Positions 1 through 9,345 of a DNA stretch of 64,000 nt are shown here, in pieces. Numbering within the stretch: position 1 is the first letter of the stretch; the number at the start of each line of letters is the position of its first letter. The notes under the pieces were generated by a model. It was not told the DNA's origin. It saw only the letters and a list, made by a program, of their open reading frames with translations, and did not search any database. This stretch comes from Chloroflexota bacterium (GTDB taxonomy: Bacteria > Chloroflexota > UBA11872 > VXOZ01): the NCBI GenBank assembly GCA_964291655.2, contig OZ219802.1, forward strand, positions 128,001 to 192,000. The letters run 5' to 3'. The translations under genes and the position numbers were made by a program.

Positions 1-354
1 CAGCCAAATGAAGTCTGCAGAGACTCCTCCTGCCGACTGCGTGGCAAGAAAATCTCTAGCCCCTCCCTCCGTTGGAATCAGCAATAGTTGCAGCGACGTC
101 CCCGGGGGTGCGCCGGGTACATTACCCCTTGTCCACTCCTGTATGGCTTTCTGTCCGGGCGTAACCATGAGGGGATGGTCCAGGACAGCCAGCGCGAACT
201 GCTGTACCTCCTTAGCCGCATCAACGCCGACTCCAACCCGGGAGCCAGGCTCATCTTGTGGCGGCCGATCTTCCTCGTCACCACCACCACAACTCAGTAG
301 CAATGAGACGCTTGCTCCAATCAGCGCGCCACCGAGAAGTTTGCGTCGGGTCAT
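1..354 (-). CDS. Putative Tat-exported lipoprotein, 3' end runs off the window
   Basis: Not in the ORF track. Manual translation from the ATG at 354 (GAGGAG RBS upstream) gives MTRRKLLGGALIGASVSLLLSCGGGDEED..., i.e. twin-arginine motif, hydrophobic stretch and lipobox LLSC. The frame is open to the window edge. Confidence 0.7.
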   Translation of the reverse strand, partial: MTRRKLLGGALIGASVSLLLSCGGGDEEDRPPQDEPGSRVGVGVDAAKEVQQFALAVLDHPLMVTPGQKAIQEWTRGNVPGAPPGTSLQLLLIPTEGGARDFLATQSAGGVSADFIWL

Positions 355-420
355 GTTGCAATTTCTCCTCTCGGTCTGGGGGGCTTGGGTCAATTATGGC
401 AGTACGCAAGATTGAATCAG

Positions 421-1284
421 CTACCGGCTAGTCTGGGCATTCTCAGTGTAGCGGGTGGGCAGTGCTGATGCCTCCACCTCTTCGACACCGATCACTCGTA
501 GGCCAATGTCCCGCACACGTCGCAGATGGTCCGGTGTGCGGAAGTCGCCCTGAACGTGCGCCACACCCGACTCGGCATCGATGCGCACGGCATCCAAGCG
601 GCATTCAAAGAGGTAGGAATCATCCTTCAACAAGCGAAAAAGCGCGGCCTCGCGCATGAGCCACCGCATAGGTTCTGCGGCATTTGAGCGCAACATGGGT
701 AAGACAAGGGCTTCCCACGCCGATTCGTACATCAAACCTGAGAGTAGCCAGGCGGGTGGGAAAACAAGAAAGAATATCGGCGCAAAGCTTAGCCTATAGC
801 CCGCAGCGACACCCACTGCGTGCAAGGTGGCTGCAGCCAGAATGGGTACTACCGCAAGAGCAATGACCGATTGCGGGCCCGGATGCGACGAAAAATAGGA
901 GCCGACCAGCAGACTCCAGGTGATCCCTCGACGCACGCTCCAACGGCGTACCGCACCCATAATGGCGCCCAAAACTCCGCTGGCGAGGACAACAAGCAAG
1001 AGCGTGAATACGGCCAACGGCGTGACGCCGCTTGCAGAACTAGTGACGGCTGTTAAGCCTATCGTGCCACGATTAAAGAGAAGAGTAGCGACTACACCAA
1101 CAGCACCAAGGAGCACCAGGGGAATGCACGGTAACAGCGCGCCGGCAGCAAAGCCTGCCGCCATTACGGTGCGCACGCTGACGACCGTGAGAACAGTGTC
1201 TGCGTCAAGCGCATCGGGCAGGTCGCCCGGCAACTGCGGCATCGTCGAACTCTGTGAAGGGCCCAGAGGATTCATGCCAATCAC
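421..1284 (-). CDS. Integral membrane protein with C-terminal BON-like domain (paralog 1)
   Basis: Several hydrophobic helices. C-terminus LLKDD..L...VRID..SGVAHVQG.F.TP...RR..DIG.RV.GVEEVE matches the BON pattern. Clear paralog of the adjacent gene. Confidence 0.7.
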   Translation of the reverse strand: MIGMNPLGPSQSSTMPQLPGDLPDALDADTVLTVVSVRTVMAAGFAAGALLPCIPLVLLGAVGVVATLLFNRGTIGLTAVTSSASGVTPLAVFTLLLVVLASGVLGAIMGAVRRWSVRRGITWSLLVGSYFSSHPGPQSVIALAVVPILAAATLHAVGVAAGYRLSFAPIFFLVFPPAWLLSGLMYESAWEALVLPMLRSNAAEPMRWLMREAALFRLLKDDSYLFECRLDAVRIDAESGVAHVQGDFRTPDHLRRVRDIGLRVIGVEEVEASALPTRYTENAQTSR

Positions 1285-1396
1285 GGACTATCGTCCCTTT
1301 TGGTTGAGGCCGACGTAGTGGGGCGCGTGGAAAGAGGTGAACACCAGCGCCAGCGAGAAGTCTTGCGCCGCCTGAATCCCACGCTGGTGCGCCAAC

Positions 1397-2305
1397 TCAC
1401 AATGACTCTCCGTTCTCCGCTTTCTGCTCTCCGCAGAGCCCATGCAGAGGGAAGTCATTGCCGAATTCCTGGTTGTCCGGCATTGAGGTAGGTCTATCGA
1501 CTTGCTTTTCAAGGATGGTCAGACCTTCTGCCTCAACTGCGCGTACACCGCTTACGCGCATGCCGACTTCTCGTGCCCGGCGGAAGTGATCGGGCGTGCG
1601 AAATTCGCCGCGAATGTGTGCCACACCGGTCTCAGCATCAATCCGGACCGCATGGAGGCGGCAACCGAACAATTCGGAATCATCTTTCAACAGGCGTACG
1701 AGCGCTGCTTCTCGTCTGAGCCAGGTCAATGGCTCGCCCACGGCGACGCGCAGGATAAGGAAGACAATTGGTTCCCACAACGCCTCGTATACAAAGCCGC
1801 TAAGTGACCAGAGAGGAAACATGAAAACAAGCACGGGCGCAATGCTTACGAGAAAGCCAACTTCGAGGCTGATGTTGTGCAGAGCGGCAGCTATAAGCAG
1901 GGGCACCACAAAGGCTGCTATGGCCGTTTGCGGTCCCGGATGGGACGAAAAGTGGTGCCCCACGAGCAACGACCAGGAAATATACCGCCGGACGCACCAG
2001 CGCCGTACCGCTCCCATGACGGCCCCCAGGACAATGCTCCCGAGGAGCACCAGCACGTAGTTCTCCGCCGCAATCTGGAGGTTTGCCGGTGAAATTGCAT
2101 GTGACATGGTCGTGTATACCGTGCCACGATTGAAGAGTAACGTGCCAAATAGGCCGACCAGAACGAGAAGTGCAAGGGGAATGAACGGAACAATTGCACC
2201 GGCCGCCAGGCCGGTCACAGCCGCCGTGCGTAGGGTGACGACGGTGAAAACTGCGTCCGCGTAACTGGCATCCGGTAATTCATCTGTCGGCGGTGGCATC
2301 CCCAT
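1397..2305 (-). CDS. Integral membrane protein with C-terminal BON-like domain (paralog 2)
   Basis: Aligns with 421-1284 (TLLFNRGT, GA.MGAVRRW, WSLLVG..FSSHPGPQ, REAAL.RLLKDDS). Start moved to ATG 2305, which follows a GGAG RBS. Confidence 0.7.
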   Translation of the reverse strand: MGMPPPTDELPDASYADAVFTVVTLRTAAVTGLAAGAIVPFIPLALLVLVGLFGTLLFNRGTVYTTMSHAISPANLQIAAENYVLVLLGSIVLGAVMGAVRRWCVRRYISWSLLVGHHFSSHPGPQTAIAAFVVPLLIAAALHNISLEVGFLVSIAPVLVFMFPLWSLSGFVYEALWEPIVFLILRVAVGEPLTWLRREAALVRLLKDDSELFGCRLHAVRIDAETGVAHIRGEFRTPDHFRRAREVGMRVSGVRAVEAEGLTILEKQVDRPTSMPDNQEFGNDFPLHGLCGEQKAENGESL

Positions 2306-2433
2306 CGAAGCTTCTCCGGAGCGAGCCACAGAATTGCCTCTACGGCCATCGTACCCGATCAATGGGTACCAGTCAAGACTTCAAACTCTGCCGACAGCGA
2401 TTGCTAGCGAGAGGGAACCGCCACAAGCTGCAG

Positions 2434-3600
2434 CTAGTTCTCCGGCCAAGCGCCGAGTTTCGCGGTGAATTCCAAGTTCTCACCGTTGCGGTGAGTCGTA
2501 ATCGTGATTTCGTCACCAACACTCTTTGATTGGATGTAGGCGATGAGGTCGTCTACAGTTTTCATCGGAACGCCGTCGATGGCTGTAATGATATCCGCAT
2601 TGCGGGGATTCCCCACCGAGCCACGCATACCTGCCTCTTGTGCGGGTCCGCCCGGCGTTACACGTCGAACCCAAACTCCGTAAAGGATGTCGAAGTTTCT
2701 GTCGCGAGCGATCTGCGGTGTAATTGTGGCCATGCTTACGCCCAAGAATGCGCGACGGATCTCCTCACCCCGTATCAGTCGTGGCAAGAGCTGTTGCACC
2801 AAATTCGACGGAATGCTCAAGCCGATACCCTGAAAGCGCTCATTGTTCGTTTGAATGGCCGTCGTAATGCCGATCACCTCGCCATTGACATTGAGGAGCG
2901 GTCCGCCGGAATTGCCGGGGTTTATCTCAGTGTCGCTCTGTATGAGACCGCCGAGTTGGCGTCCCCTTTCGGGGTAGGTTCTTCCCACCGCGCTCACGAT
3001 TCCCGCCGTGATGCTGTGACCGAATCCATATGGCGCACCGATTGCGAAGACTGGGTCCCCCGGCTTTACCGCCCCTGAATCACCGAACCGTGCAATCTGC
3101 AGGGCTCCTGGCGGAAACTCTGCCTGAATGACGGCGAGGTCCGTCCCTGGATCACTGCCAACGACTTCTGCAAATAGGGTGCTCCCGTCAAGTAACTGCA
3201 CCCGCACTCTATCGGCCTCGCTGATGACGTGATTGTTCGTGAGAATATGACCTTCTCCATCCACGATGATGCCGGTTCCGCCACCAAACCTGCGGGATCC
3301 GTCTTCATTCTCATCCAAGATCAAAACGGTTACTACGCTCGGGGCAACCGCCTGATAGACTGCGGCAGCGTTTGCCTCTGCCTCTTCAACGTAAGTGATT
3401 TGCGGCGTCTGTGTAACCGGTGCTGGGTCAGATTGCGCATTGCGCAAGACTAGCCAAGCCGTGAGACCTCCGGCAACGATTCCCGTTAGCAAGGCGACTA
3501 CCGCACAAAGGATGACAACGCCGGCCAGTCCTCTCGGACCCTGCGTGCCAGCGTCGTTGGCTTCGTCTCTTTGATTGTCGGGGAACGAAGACATAGCCAT
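2434..3600 (-). CDS. htrA: HtrA/DegP-family trypsin-like serine protease with PDZ domain, membrane anchored
   Basis: N-terminal TM helix, catalytic motifs LTNNHV, TDLAVI and INPGNSGGPL, C-terminal PDZ (RAFLGV...GPA..AG). Confidence 0.93.
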   Translation of the reverse strand: MAMSSFPDNQRDEANDAGTQGPRGLAGVVILCAVVALLTGIVAGGLTAWLVLRNAQSDPAPVTQTPQITYVEEAEANAAAVYQAVAPSVVTVLILDENEDGSRRFGGGTGIIVDGEGHILTNNHVISEADRVRVQLLDGSTLFAEVVGSDPGTDLAVIQAEFPPGALQIARFGDSGAVKPGDPVFAIGAPYGFGHSITAGIVSAVGRTYPERGRQLGGLIQSDTEINPGNSGGPLLNVNGEVIGITTAIQTNNERFQGIGLSIPSNLVQQLLPRLIRGEEIRRAFLGVSMATITPQIARDRNFDILYGVWVRRVTPGGPAQEAGMRGSVGNPRNADIITAIDGVPMKTVDDLIAYIQSKSVGDEITITTHRNGENLEFTAKLGAWPEN

Positions 3601-3637
3601 CGCCGCGCCTCCTGGGTATTGAACGTCTTCTAACTCA

Positions 3638-3643
3638 ATTATA
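3638..3643 (-). promoter_or_regulatory. -10 box (TATAAT) upstream of htrA
   Basis: Perfect TATAAT on the minus strand about 40 nt before the start. No canonical -35, consistent with an activator-dependent promoter. Confidence 0.4.
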
Positions 3644-3760
3644 TCGGAGCTAGTTAAGTATTTCCTGATAGGCTAACTGTTGAAAGCGGAATGCAAACAG
3701 TTCGCTGGGGGGGTTATTCGGCGGTTCGCGGCGGGGCGAATGCGTACTGTGCGCGCCGTT

Positions 3761-5224
3761 CTAATCGTCTGCTTCCGTTTCAGCCTTCGTCGGCGCTGCT
3801 CCTTCCCCTCCCAAGACGGACATGTTGCGAGGCATTCTGACCGTCACGGTAGTTCCCTGATCCGGCGCACTCTTTATGTCAAGGCTAGCACCATGGGCCT
3901 CCACAATCCATTTTGCAATAGAGAGTCCAAGTCCAAACCCGCCTGAGTGTCGGGTACTGTCCGCTTGGAAAAAGCGGTCGAATGCGCTTGCGATGTCCGA
4001 CTCTCGCATGCCGATGCCGGAGTCTTTCACAATTAAACGCACCGCGTGCAATTCGCTCGCTGTGTCGATGGTGACCGTGCCCCCTGCCGGAGTATACTTT
4101 AGCGCATTGTCAAGCAAGATGAGCACCAATTGGCGGAGTAAGTCCGGGTCACCCATTATGCTGACATCTTCACCGGTCGCGTTCAATCGAACTGCTACCA
4201 TGGCATTGAAGTACGGCGCTTGACGACTCACGTCCGCAGCAATCTCATTTATGTCCACTCGTTCGCGTCGCACGGTCTGTCCCGCATCGGCCCGCGCCAA
4301 GGCCAGCATGTCTGAGACCAGGCGGCTCATGCGTTCCGATTCTACGGCTATGTCGTTGAGCGCGGCATGACGTTCCTCCTCCGTTAGGTCTGGTATATCC
4401 CGCAGCAGCGCCACATTGCCCCGAATCACCGTCAAAGGAGTCCGGAGTTCGTGCGAGGCGTCGGCCACGAGGCGCCGCTTGGCCGCAAGCGCCTCCGCTA
4501 CCCGAGCGTAACTGCTCTGAAGCCGGACAAGCATGGTGTTGAAGGTTTCCGCAAGTCGGCCTACTTCATCACGTGCGCCGGCTTGCGGCACCCGCTTACT
4601 GAGGTCTTGCGTCTGCCCAATCACCTGGGCAGCCAGCGCGAGGCGTTCTAATGGCAGCAGGCCAGCGTGCGCAATGAGGTATGCCAAGCCCATTGCGGCG
4701 ACAATGCTGGCGCCGCCACCAACGAGGATGATCAGGCGCAGTTCGCGCAAACTTGTTTCCACGTCGGTAAGCGAACGGGCGAGCTGGAGCATGCTGACCA
4801 GCCGCCCTTGGACGACATAGGGGTGGTGGTAAATGCGCAGGGGAGTTCCACGAATTGATGCAGTTTCGATGAAAGGCTGACCCTTGCGAGCTCGTTCCAG
4901 AATGTCGTTGCCACTTGGGAGCTGCTCATCGCTAAGGTTTGTGGACCGAGAGAGGACCTTGCCGTCGCTACCAACCACCTGTAGGAATATGCCGGAATGA
5001 GCGAATGCGTCGCTGTATTCCGGCCGCAGCACGATCTGCAAGCCTTGCTGCGTGGAGCGCGTTTGCGTAAAGAGTAGTGCCTCACGCGTCTGAGTCTCGA
5101 GGGCTTGATCGATCTCGCCATAGATCGCGCGAGAAATGAGAATGTACGTCAGAGCATAGTATACAACGAGCGTAATTGCAAGTACGCTCCCTGCCAGGAA
5201 CGTAAGGCGGAGACGCAATGACAT
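3761..5224 (-). CDS. HAMP-domain sensor histidine kinase (MprB/ArlS-like)
   Basis: Two TM helices, HAMP (DEVGRLAETFNTML), H-box DASHELRTPL, N-box LLDNALKY, G boxes DSGIG and GFGLGLSI. Confidence 0.95.
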   Translation of the reverse strand: MSLRLRLTFLAGSVLAITLVVYYALTYILISRAIYGEIDQALETQTREALLFTQTRSTQQGLQIVLRPEYSDAFAHSGIFLQVVGSDGKVLSRSTNLSDEQLPSGNDILERARKGQPFIETASIRGTPLRIYHHPYVVQGRLVSMLQLARSLTDVETSLRELRLIILVGGGASIVAAMGLAYLIAHAGLLPLERLALAAQVIGQTQDLSKRVPQAGARDEVGRLAETFNTMLVRLQSSYARVAEALAAKRRLVADASHELRTPLTVIRGNVALLRDIPDLTEEERHAALNDIAVESERMSRLVSDMLALARADAGQTVRRERVDINEIAADVSRQAPYFNAMVAVRLNATGEDVSIMGDPDLLRQLVLILLDNALKYTPAGGTVTIDTASELHAVRLIVKDSGIGMRESDIASAFDRFFQADSTRHSGGFGLGLSIAKWIVEAHGASLDIKSAPDQGTTVTVRMPRNMSVLGGEGAAPTKAETEADD

Positions 5225-5227
5225 GAG

Positions 5228-5896
5228 CTAAGTCTCGCGTAATACGTATCCGACACCGCGCACCGTATAGATTATGCGGGAGCCTCCGTCTGCCTCGAGC
5301 TTTTGCCGCAAGTAGCCGACATATACTTCCAAGACATTAGACTCTCCCTCAAAGTCGTAGCCCCACACTTTCTCCATAATGTAGTGCCGTGGCAGCACAC
5401 GTCGTGGGTTCTGCATGAAGAGGAGGAGGAGTTCATATTCTGTAGCAGTCAGGTCGAAAGTCTTATTGCTGCGCTGCGCACGCCGTCCGGCGGTATCGAG
5501 CGTGAGGTCTGCGAAGTGAAGCACTTCGTCTTCCGCGGATGTGCTGCGGCGCAGCAGGGCGCGAATGCGGGCGAAGAGCTCTTCTAGCTCAAATGGCTTG
5601 ACTAAGTAGTCATCCGCGCCGCTATCCAAACCCACGACACGGTCGGACAACTCATCCTTGGCAGTGAGCATGAGTATGGGTACGGCGCTTTCCTGGCGAA
5701 TGCGTTTGCATACGCGCAAGCCGTCAAGCCCCGGCATGAGGATATCCAAGACTATCAGATCAGGCTGGTTCTGCGACACCAGCGAGAGTGCTTGAAAGCC
5801 ATCGTGAGCAATCTCAACCTCGTATCCTTGGTGGGAAAGTGCTCGGTAAAGAAGTGCAGTGATCTTCTGGTCGTCGTCTACGACAAGGATTTGCAT
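5228..5896 (-). CDS. OmpR/PhoB-family response regulator (MprA-like)
   Basis: ILVVDDD, LDILMPGLDG, GADDYLVKPF, winged-helix end TVRGVGY. Sits 3 nt from the kinase start. Confidence 0.96.
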   Translation of the reverse strand: MQILVVDDDQKITALLYRALSHQGYEVEIAHDGFQALSLVSQNQPDLIVLDILMPGLDGLRVCKRIRQESAVPILMLTAKDELSDRVVGLDSGADDYLVKPFELEELFARIRALLRRSTSAEDEVLHFADLTLDTAGRRAQRSNKTFDLTATEYELLLLFMQNPRRVLPRHYIMEKVWGYDFEGESNVLEVYVGYLRQKLEADGGSRIIYTVRGVGYVLRET

Positions 5897-6172
5897 GCAA
5901 CCTTATCCCAGTTCGTCAATTCTACTTGTGCCACTGGAGCTCCGGACACTGCCAAAAGCCAACCGGTTCTTGCTGTCTCTCTATCGTGCTCTCAATTCCC
6001 AATTGTACCGCAGGTAGATCGCTGCGGTCGCACGGCCTGAGCACAGCACCTATTGAATGCCCTATGTTGTGCAAAAGAATCCAGGTTTCACGCTTGGTCG
6101 ATCGCGAGAAGCCATTGAGTTCTTAATTCCTGTTCTCTAAGCAACCTGAATTGTGGGGCAACCAGACTTGGC

Positions 6173-6997
6173 TTAACGCGCCGGTACCGCGTGAGATTCG
6201 ACGTAGGTCCGCGGCGCTCTGAGTAATTCAAGGAGGTCGTCAGCAGTCGCGCGTGCCGTTCTGGCCGGCACTCCATTGTCAGGACGCGACACGCTGAGAA
6301 GCTCGTATGGCGGTTCCAGCCAGAACGGCTTGATCGCACTCCGATTTGCCAGCGCGCGCTGCACGCCTGCTTTGATGAGCTTGCGAGCCTTCGTTGGATG
6401 GAGGTGGATTGCCGCGCCGTTGAATTTTCTATTGTCATCGCCGGAAATCCCGGCCGCAGGACCCCGCTGCAATCCCGCCTTCACAGCGGCGGTTTCAATG
6501 TTGGGCACTAGCGCTTTGGCTTCGTCAGCGGCCGCTTGATCTCCGCTCAAGAAGATTGACGGTACGCCAAAGTAAGAGGCAAAGAGAAAGTTGCATCCCA
6601 TTTCGCCGACGGAAACGCCATTGATGGTGAGCTCTTCAACATTGAACGAGCCGGTATGGGCAAGATGACCGCCGTCGGTGTTTGACTTGGCATGTTGTCC
6701 AATGCTGAGCGCGGCGTCAAAGCTATCGTCGCATCCAAAGGGGTAGCCGATGGGCCGACCCGCCAGGAGCTTGGCCTCCGGGTGCAGCAGAATTGGGTCA
6801 ATGGCTTCGTGGCCGTGGCCATCCACGACGAGGATTTCAGTAGCCCCTGCTTCAAGACACGCCTCGATTGCGGCGTTGGTTTCCAGTGTTGTGAGTTCCC
6901 GGCCCCGCTCATAGTAGCGGGAACTCTTGTTGCAATAGTTGTCTGAATCGACAACACCTGCAACCGCTTCCATGTCTGTCATTATGTAAATTTTCAT
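6173..6997 (-). CDS. M55-family metallopeptidase (D-aminopeptidase DppA-like)
   Basis: MKIYIMTDMEAVAG (DxE metal motif), VDGHG, LAHT, VGEMG, SGD. Start set at ATG 6997 after a GGAGG RBS. Confidence 0.88.
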   Translation of the reverse strand: MKIYIMTDMEAVAGVVDSDNYCNKSSRYYERGRELTTLETNAAIEACLEAGATEILVVDGHGHEAIDPILLHPEAKLLAGRPIGYPFGCDDSFDAALSIGQHAKSNTDGGHLAHTGSFNVEELTINGVSVGEMGCNFLFASYFGVPSIFLSGDQAAADEAKALVPNIETAAVKAGLQRGPAAGISGDDNRKFNGAAIHLHPTKARKLIKAGVQRALANRSAIKPFWLEPPYELLSVSRPDNGVPARTARATADDLLELLRAPRTYVESHAVPAR

Positions 6998-7165
6998 GTG
7001 CGTGCCTCCATACGTTGGCAACTGCTGGTTTGGGGACGGTTGCAGCTGTTTCAATAACCCATGCTATTGCAGTTAGCCTACCAAAGAACTTGCACGGAAT
7101 CCAGGATAAAGTTGCAGTTCCCGGTAGGAAAGGTCTTAGCACGTCTCCCCAGTCTCGATTAAACG

Positions 7166-7205
7166 AGAAACGCCTCTACGTGTAATCCTTGTAGCGGTGT
7201 TTCTC
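7166..7205. terminator. Hairpin downstream of aspS
   Basis: Imperfect inverted repeat GAGAAACGCC...GGTGTTTCTC about 25-65 nt past the aspS stop. Confidence 0.4.
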
Positions 7206-7229
7206 TGGCTGCACGTGTTCTAAGAGTAG

Positions 7230-9014
7230 CTATTCCTTGCTTTGGCGCAATGCCAGGTTAACCTCTACCAACTGAGCCTCGGATACAGGCGACGGCGCCT
7301 GTGTCATGAGATCTACCGCCTGCTGGTTCTTGGGGAAAGCAATCGTCTCACGAATGCTCTCCACATCACCGAATATTGCGATGGTGCGGTCGAGGCCCAT
7401 GGCGATACCGCCGTGGGGAGGCACACCGTACGAGAATGCCTCAAGCATGTGTCCGATCTGTTCGTGGATTTGCTCTTTTGTATGTCCCATAGTCAGCCAG
7501 ATCTGCTCAAGGAGGTCTCGCTTGTGCGCGCGGACGCTGCCGCCGCCGACTTCCCAACCGTTGCACACCAGGTCATATTGCAGCGACCGGGCGCTACCGG
7601 GGTCGGCCGTGACGAGATCTTCATCCTCCGGGAACGGTCCACAGAAGGGATTATGGACAAAGCTCCAGCGGCCTTCATCTTCATCCCATTCGAACAGAGG
7701 GAAGTCCACGATCCAGCAGAAGGCGAGCTTACTTGGATTGCGGAGACCAAGACGGTCTCCAATTTCAAGTCGCAATCGGGCGAGCACGGCATTCGCCACG
7801 TCCGGCTGGTCCGCCACAATTAGCACCAGGTCACCAGCTTCCGCGGCAAGCTCCACGGCAATTTGTGCCGTTGCCTCCTCGCCAAGATGCTGCAATACCG
7901 GCGAACGCAGGCCGGAGTCTTCAACGGCTATGGTGACAAGCCCTTTGCCGCCCAGTGAGCGGACGATGTTCGTGAGCTCATCCACTTGCTTGCGCGAGTA
8001 GTGCGCGCAGCCGGGCGCCCGCACGCCCTTTACAACGCCACCCTTGGCCAGCACGTCCTTGAATACGCGGAAGTCGGTTTCTCGCGCCAGATTGGAAACG
8101 TCGACAAGCTCCAGGCCAAAGCGCAGGTCGGGGCAGTCAGTGCCGTACTTCTCCATCGCCTCCGCAAAAGGAATGCGAGGAACAGGCCGCTGTTGAACCG
8201 TCTTTGCGCTGAGTGTGTCGGCGAGTTCCAAGTAGAGACGCTCGATCAAACCCATCACGTCATCGCGATCAACAAATGACATCTCTATGTCAAGCTGAGT
8301 AAACTCAGGTTGGCGATCTGCCCGCGGGTCTTCATCCCGAAAGCAGCGCGCGATCTGAAAATAGCGGTCCATCCCGGAAACCATAAGCAGTTGCTTGAGT
8401 TGCTGGGGTGATTGCGGCAATGCGTAGAACCTGCCTGGGTGAACACGACTAGGCACCAGGTAGTCGCGCGCGCCTTCCGGGGTGCTCTTGAGCAGAATTG
8501 GGGTCTCAATTTCCCAGAAGCCCTCGGCATCCATAAAGTCACGAATAGCCTTGATGAGTTGATGCCGCAGTTTCATTGTGCGCTGCATCTCTTCGCGGCG
8601 CAGGTCCAGATAGCGGTAGCGCAACCGAATTGCCTCATCCACCTCTAGGTCAGGGTTATTGAGGTCGAACGGGGGAGTCTGGGTTGCGGATAGGATTTGC
8701 ACGTCGGTAGCGTGCACCTCGATGTCACCGGTCGGCAAGGTAGAATTTCGCGTGCCATTGGGACGCATCTGCACCGCGCCATTGAGACTGAGCACGAATT
8801 CATTGCGGATTCTGGAGACGATCGATTGAACGTCTGTCGATGCTTGCGGGTCTATGACAACCTGGGTGATGCCGTAGCGATCACGAACGTCTATAAACAC
8901 CACGCCGCCGTGATCCCGGCGCCGATGCACCCACCCGTTCAACGTAACCGTCTGCGCGACGTGTTCTTCCCGTAACTCGCCACACGTATGGGTGCGTTTC
9001 CATGGTTTGCTCAC
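7230..9014 (-). CDS. aspS: Aspartate--tRNA(Asp/Asn) ligase
   Basis: RTHTCGEL, RRRDHGG, STPEGARDYLVP, LPQSPQ, CFRDED.RADRQPEFTQLD, PPHGGIA.GLDR. Confidence 0.98.
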   Translation of the reverse strand: MSKPWKRTHTCGELREEHVAQTVTLNGWVHRRRDHGGVVFIDVRDRYGITQVVIDPQASTDVQSIVSRIRNEFVLSLNGAVQMRPNGTRNSTLPTGDIEVHATDVQILSATQTPPFDLNNPDLEVDEAIRLRYRYLDLRREEMQRTMKLRHQLIKAIRDFMDAEGFWEIETPILLKSTPEGARDYLVPSRVHPGRFYALPQSPQQLKQLLMVSGMDRYFQIARCFRDEDPRADRQPEFTQLDIEMSFVDRDDVMGLIERLYLELADTLSAKTVQQRPVPRIPFAEAMEKYGTDCPDLRFGLELVDVSNLARETDFRVFKDVLAKGGVVKGVRAPGCAHYSRKQVDELTNIVRSLGGKGLVTIAVEDSGLRSPVLQHLGEEATAQIAVELAAEAGDLVLIVADQPDVANAVLARLRLEIGDRLGLRNPSKLAFCWIVDFPLFEWDEDEGRWSFVHNPFCGPFPEDEDLVTADPGSARSLQYDLVCNGWEVGGGSVRAHKRDLLEQIWLTMGHTKEQIHEQIGHMLEAFSYGVPPHGGIAMGLDRTIAIFGDVESIRETIAFPKNQQAVDLMTQAPSPVSEAQLVEVNLALRQSKE

Positions 9015-9345
9015 GAAAGTATGCTCCTTGGTAAGGGTAAAGGGGCTGCCTCATTCAGAGACAACCCTGGTAGTTCTCAAAGTTAAAATTCCGCCCGGCC
9101 CAAGCGGGTAAGCAGTGCGCATGCAGAGACGGCCGGCAGGCTTGCACATCTAGCGGATGAAGTCTCCGTCACCTAACCGGGTTTACACCACATGCAGGCA
9201 AGCCGCAGACGTACCCGTCCGGCGGAGGTACCGGCAGCGCATTACTGCCGCTGCCCCGGTAGCTACAGCTACGGGGCAATGCTCGGTACACCTCGCTTTC
9301 ACGTCTCATGCAAGCACCGTGGCATTTGATGAATTGGTAGGCCTA

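Noticed and set aside
9015-9345. Canonical T-box riboswitch before aspS
   Set aside because: No recognisable GGTGGNACCGCG-type T-box sequence. Kept only as an unclassified structured region.
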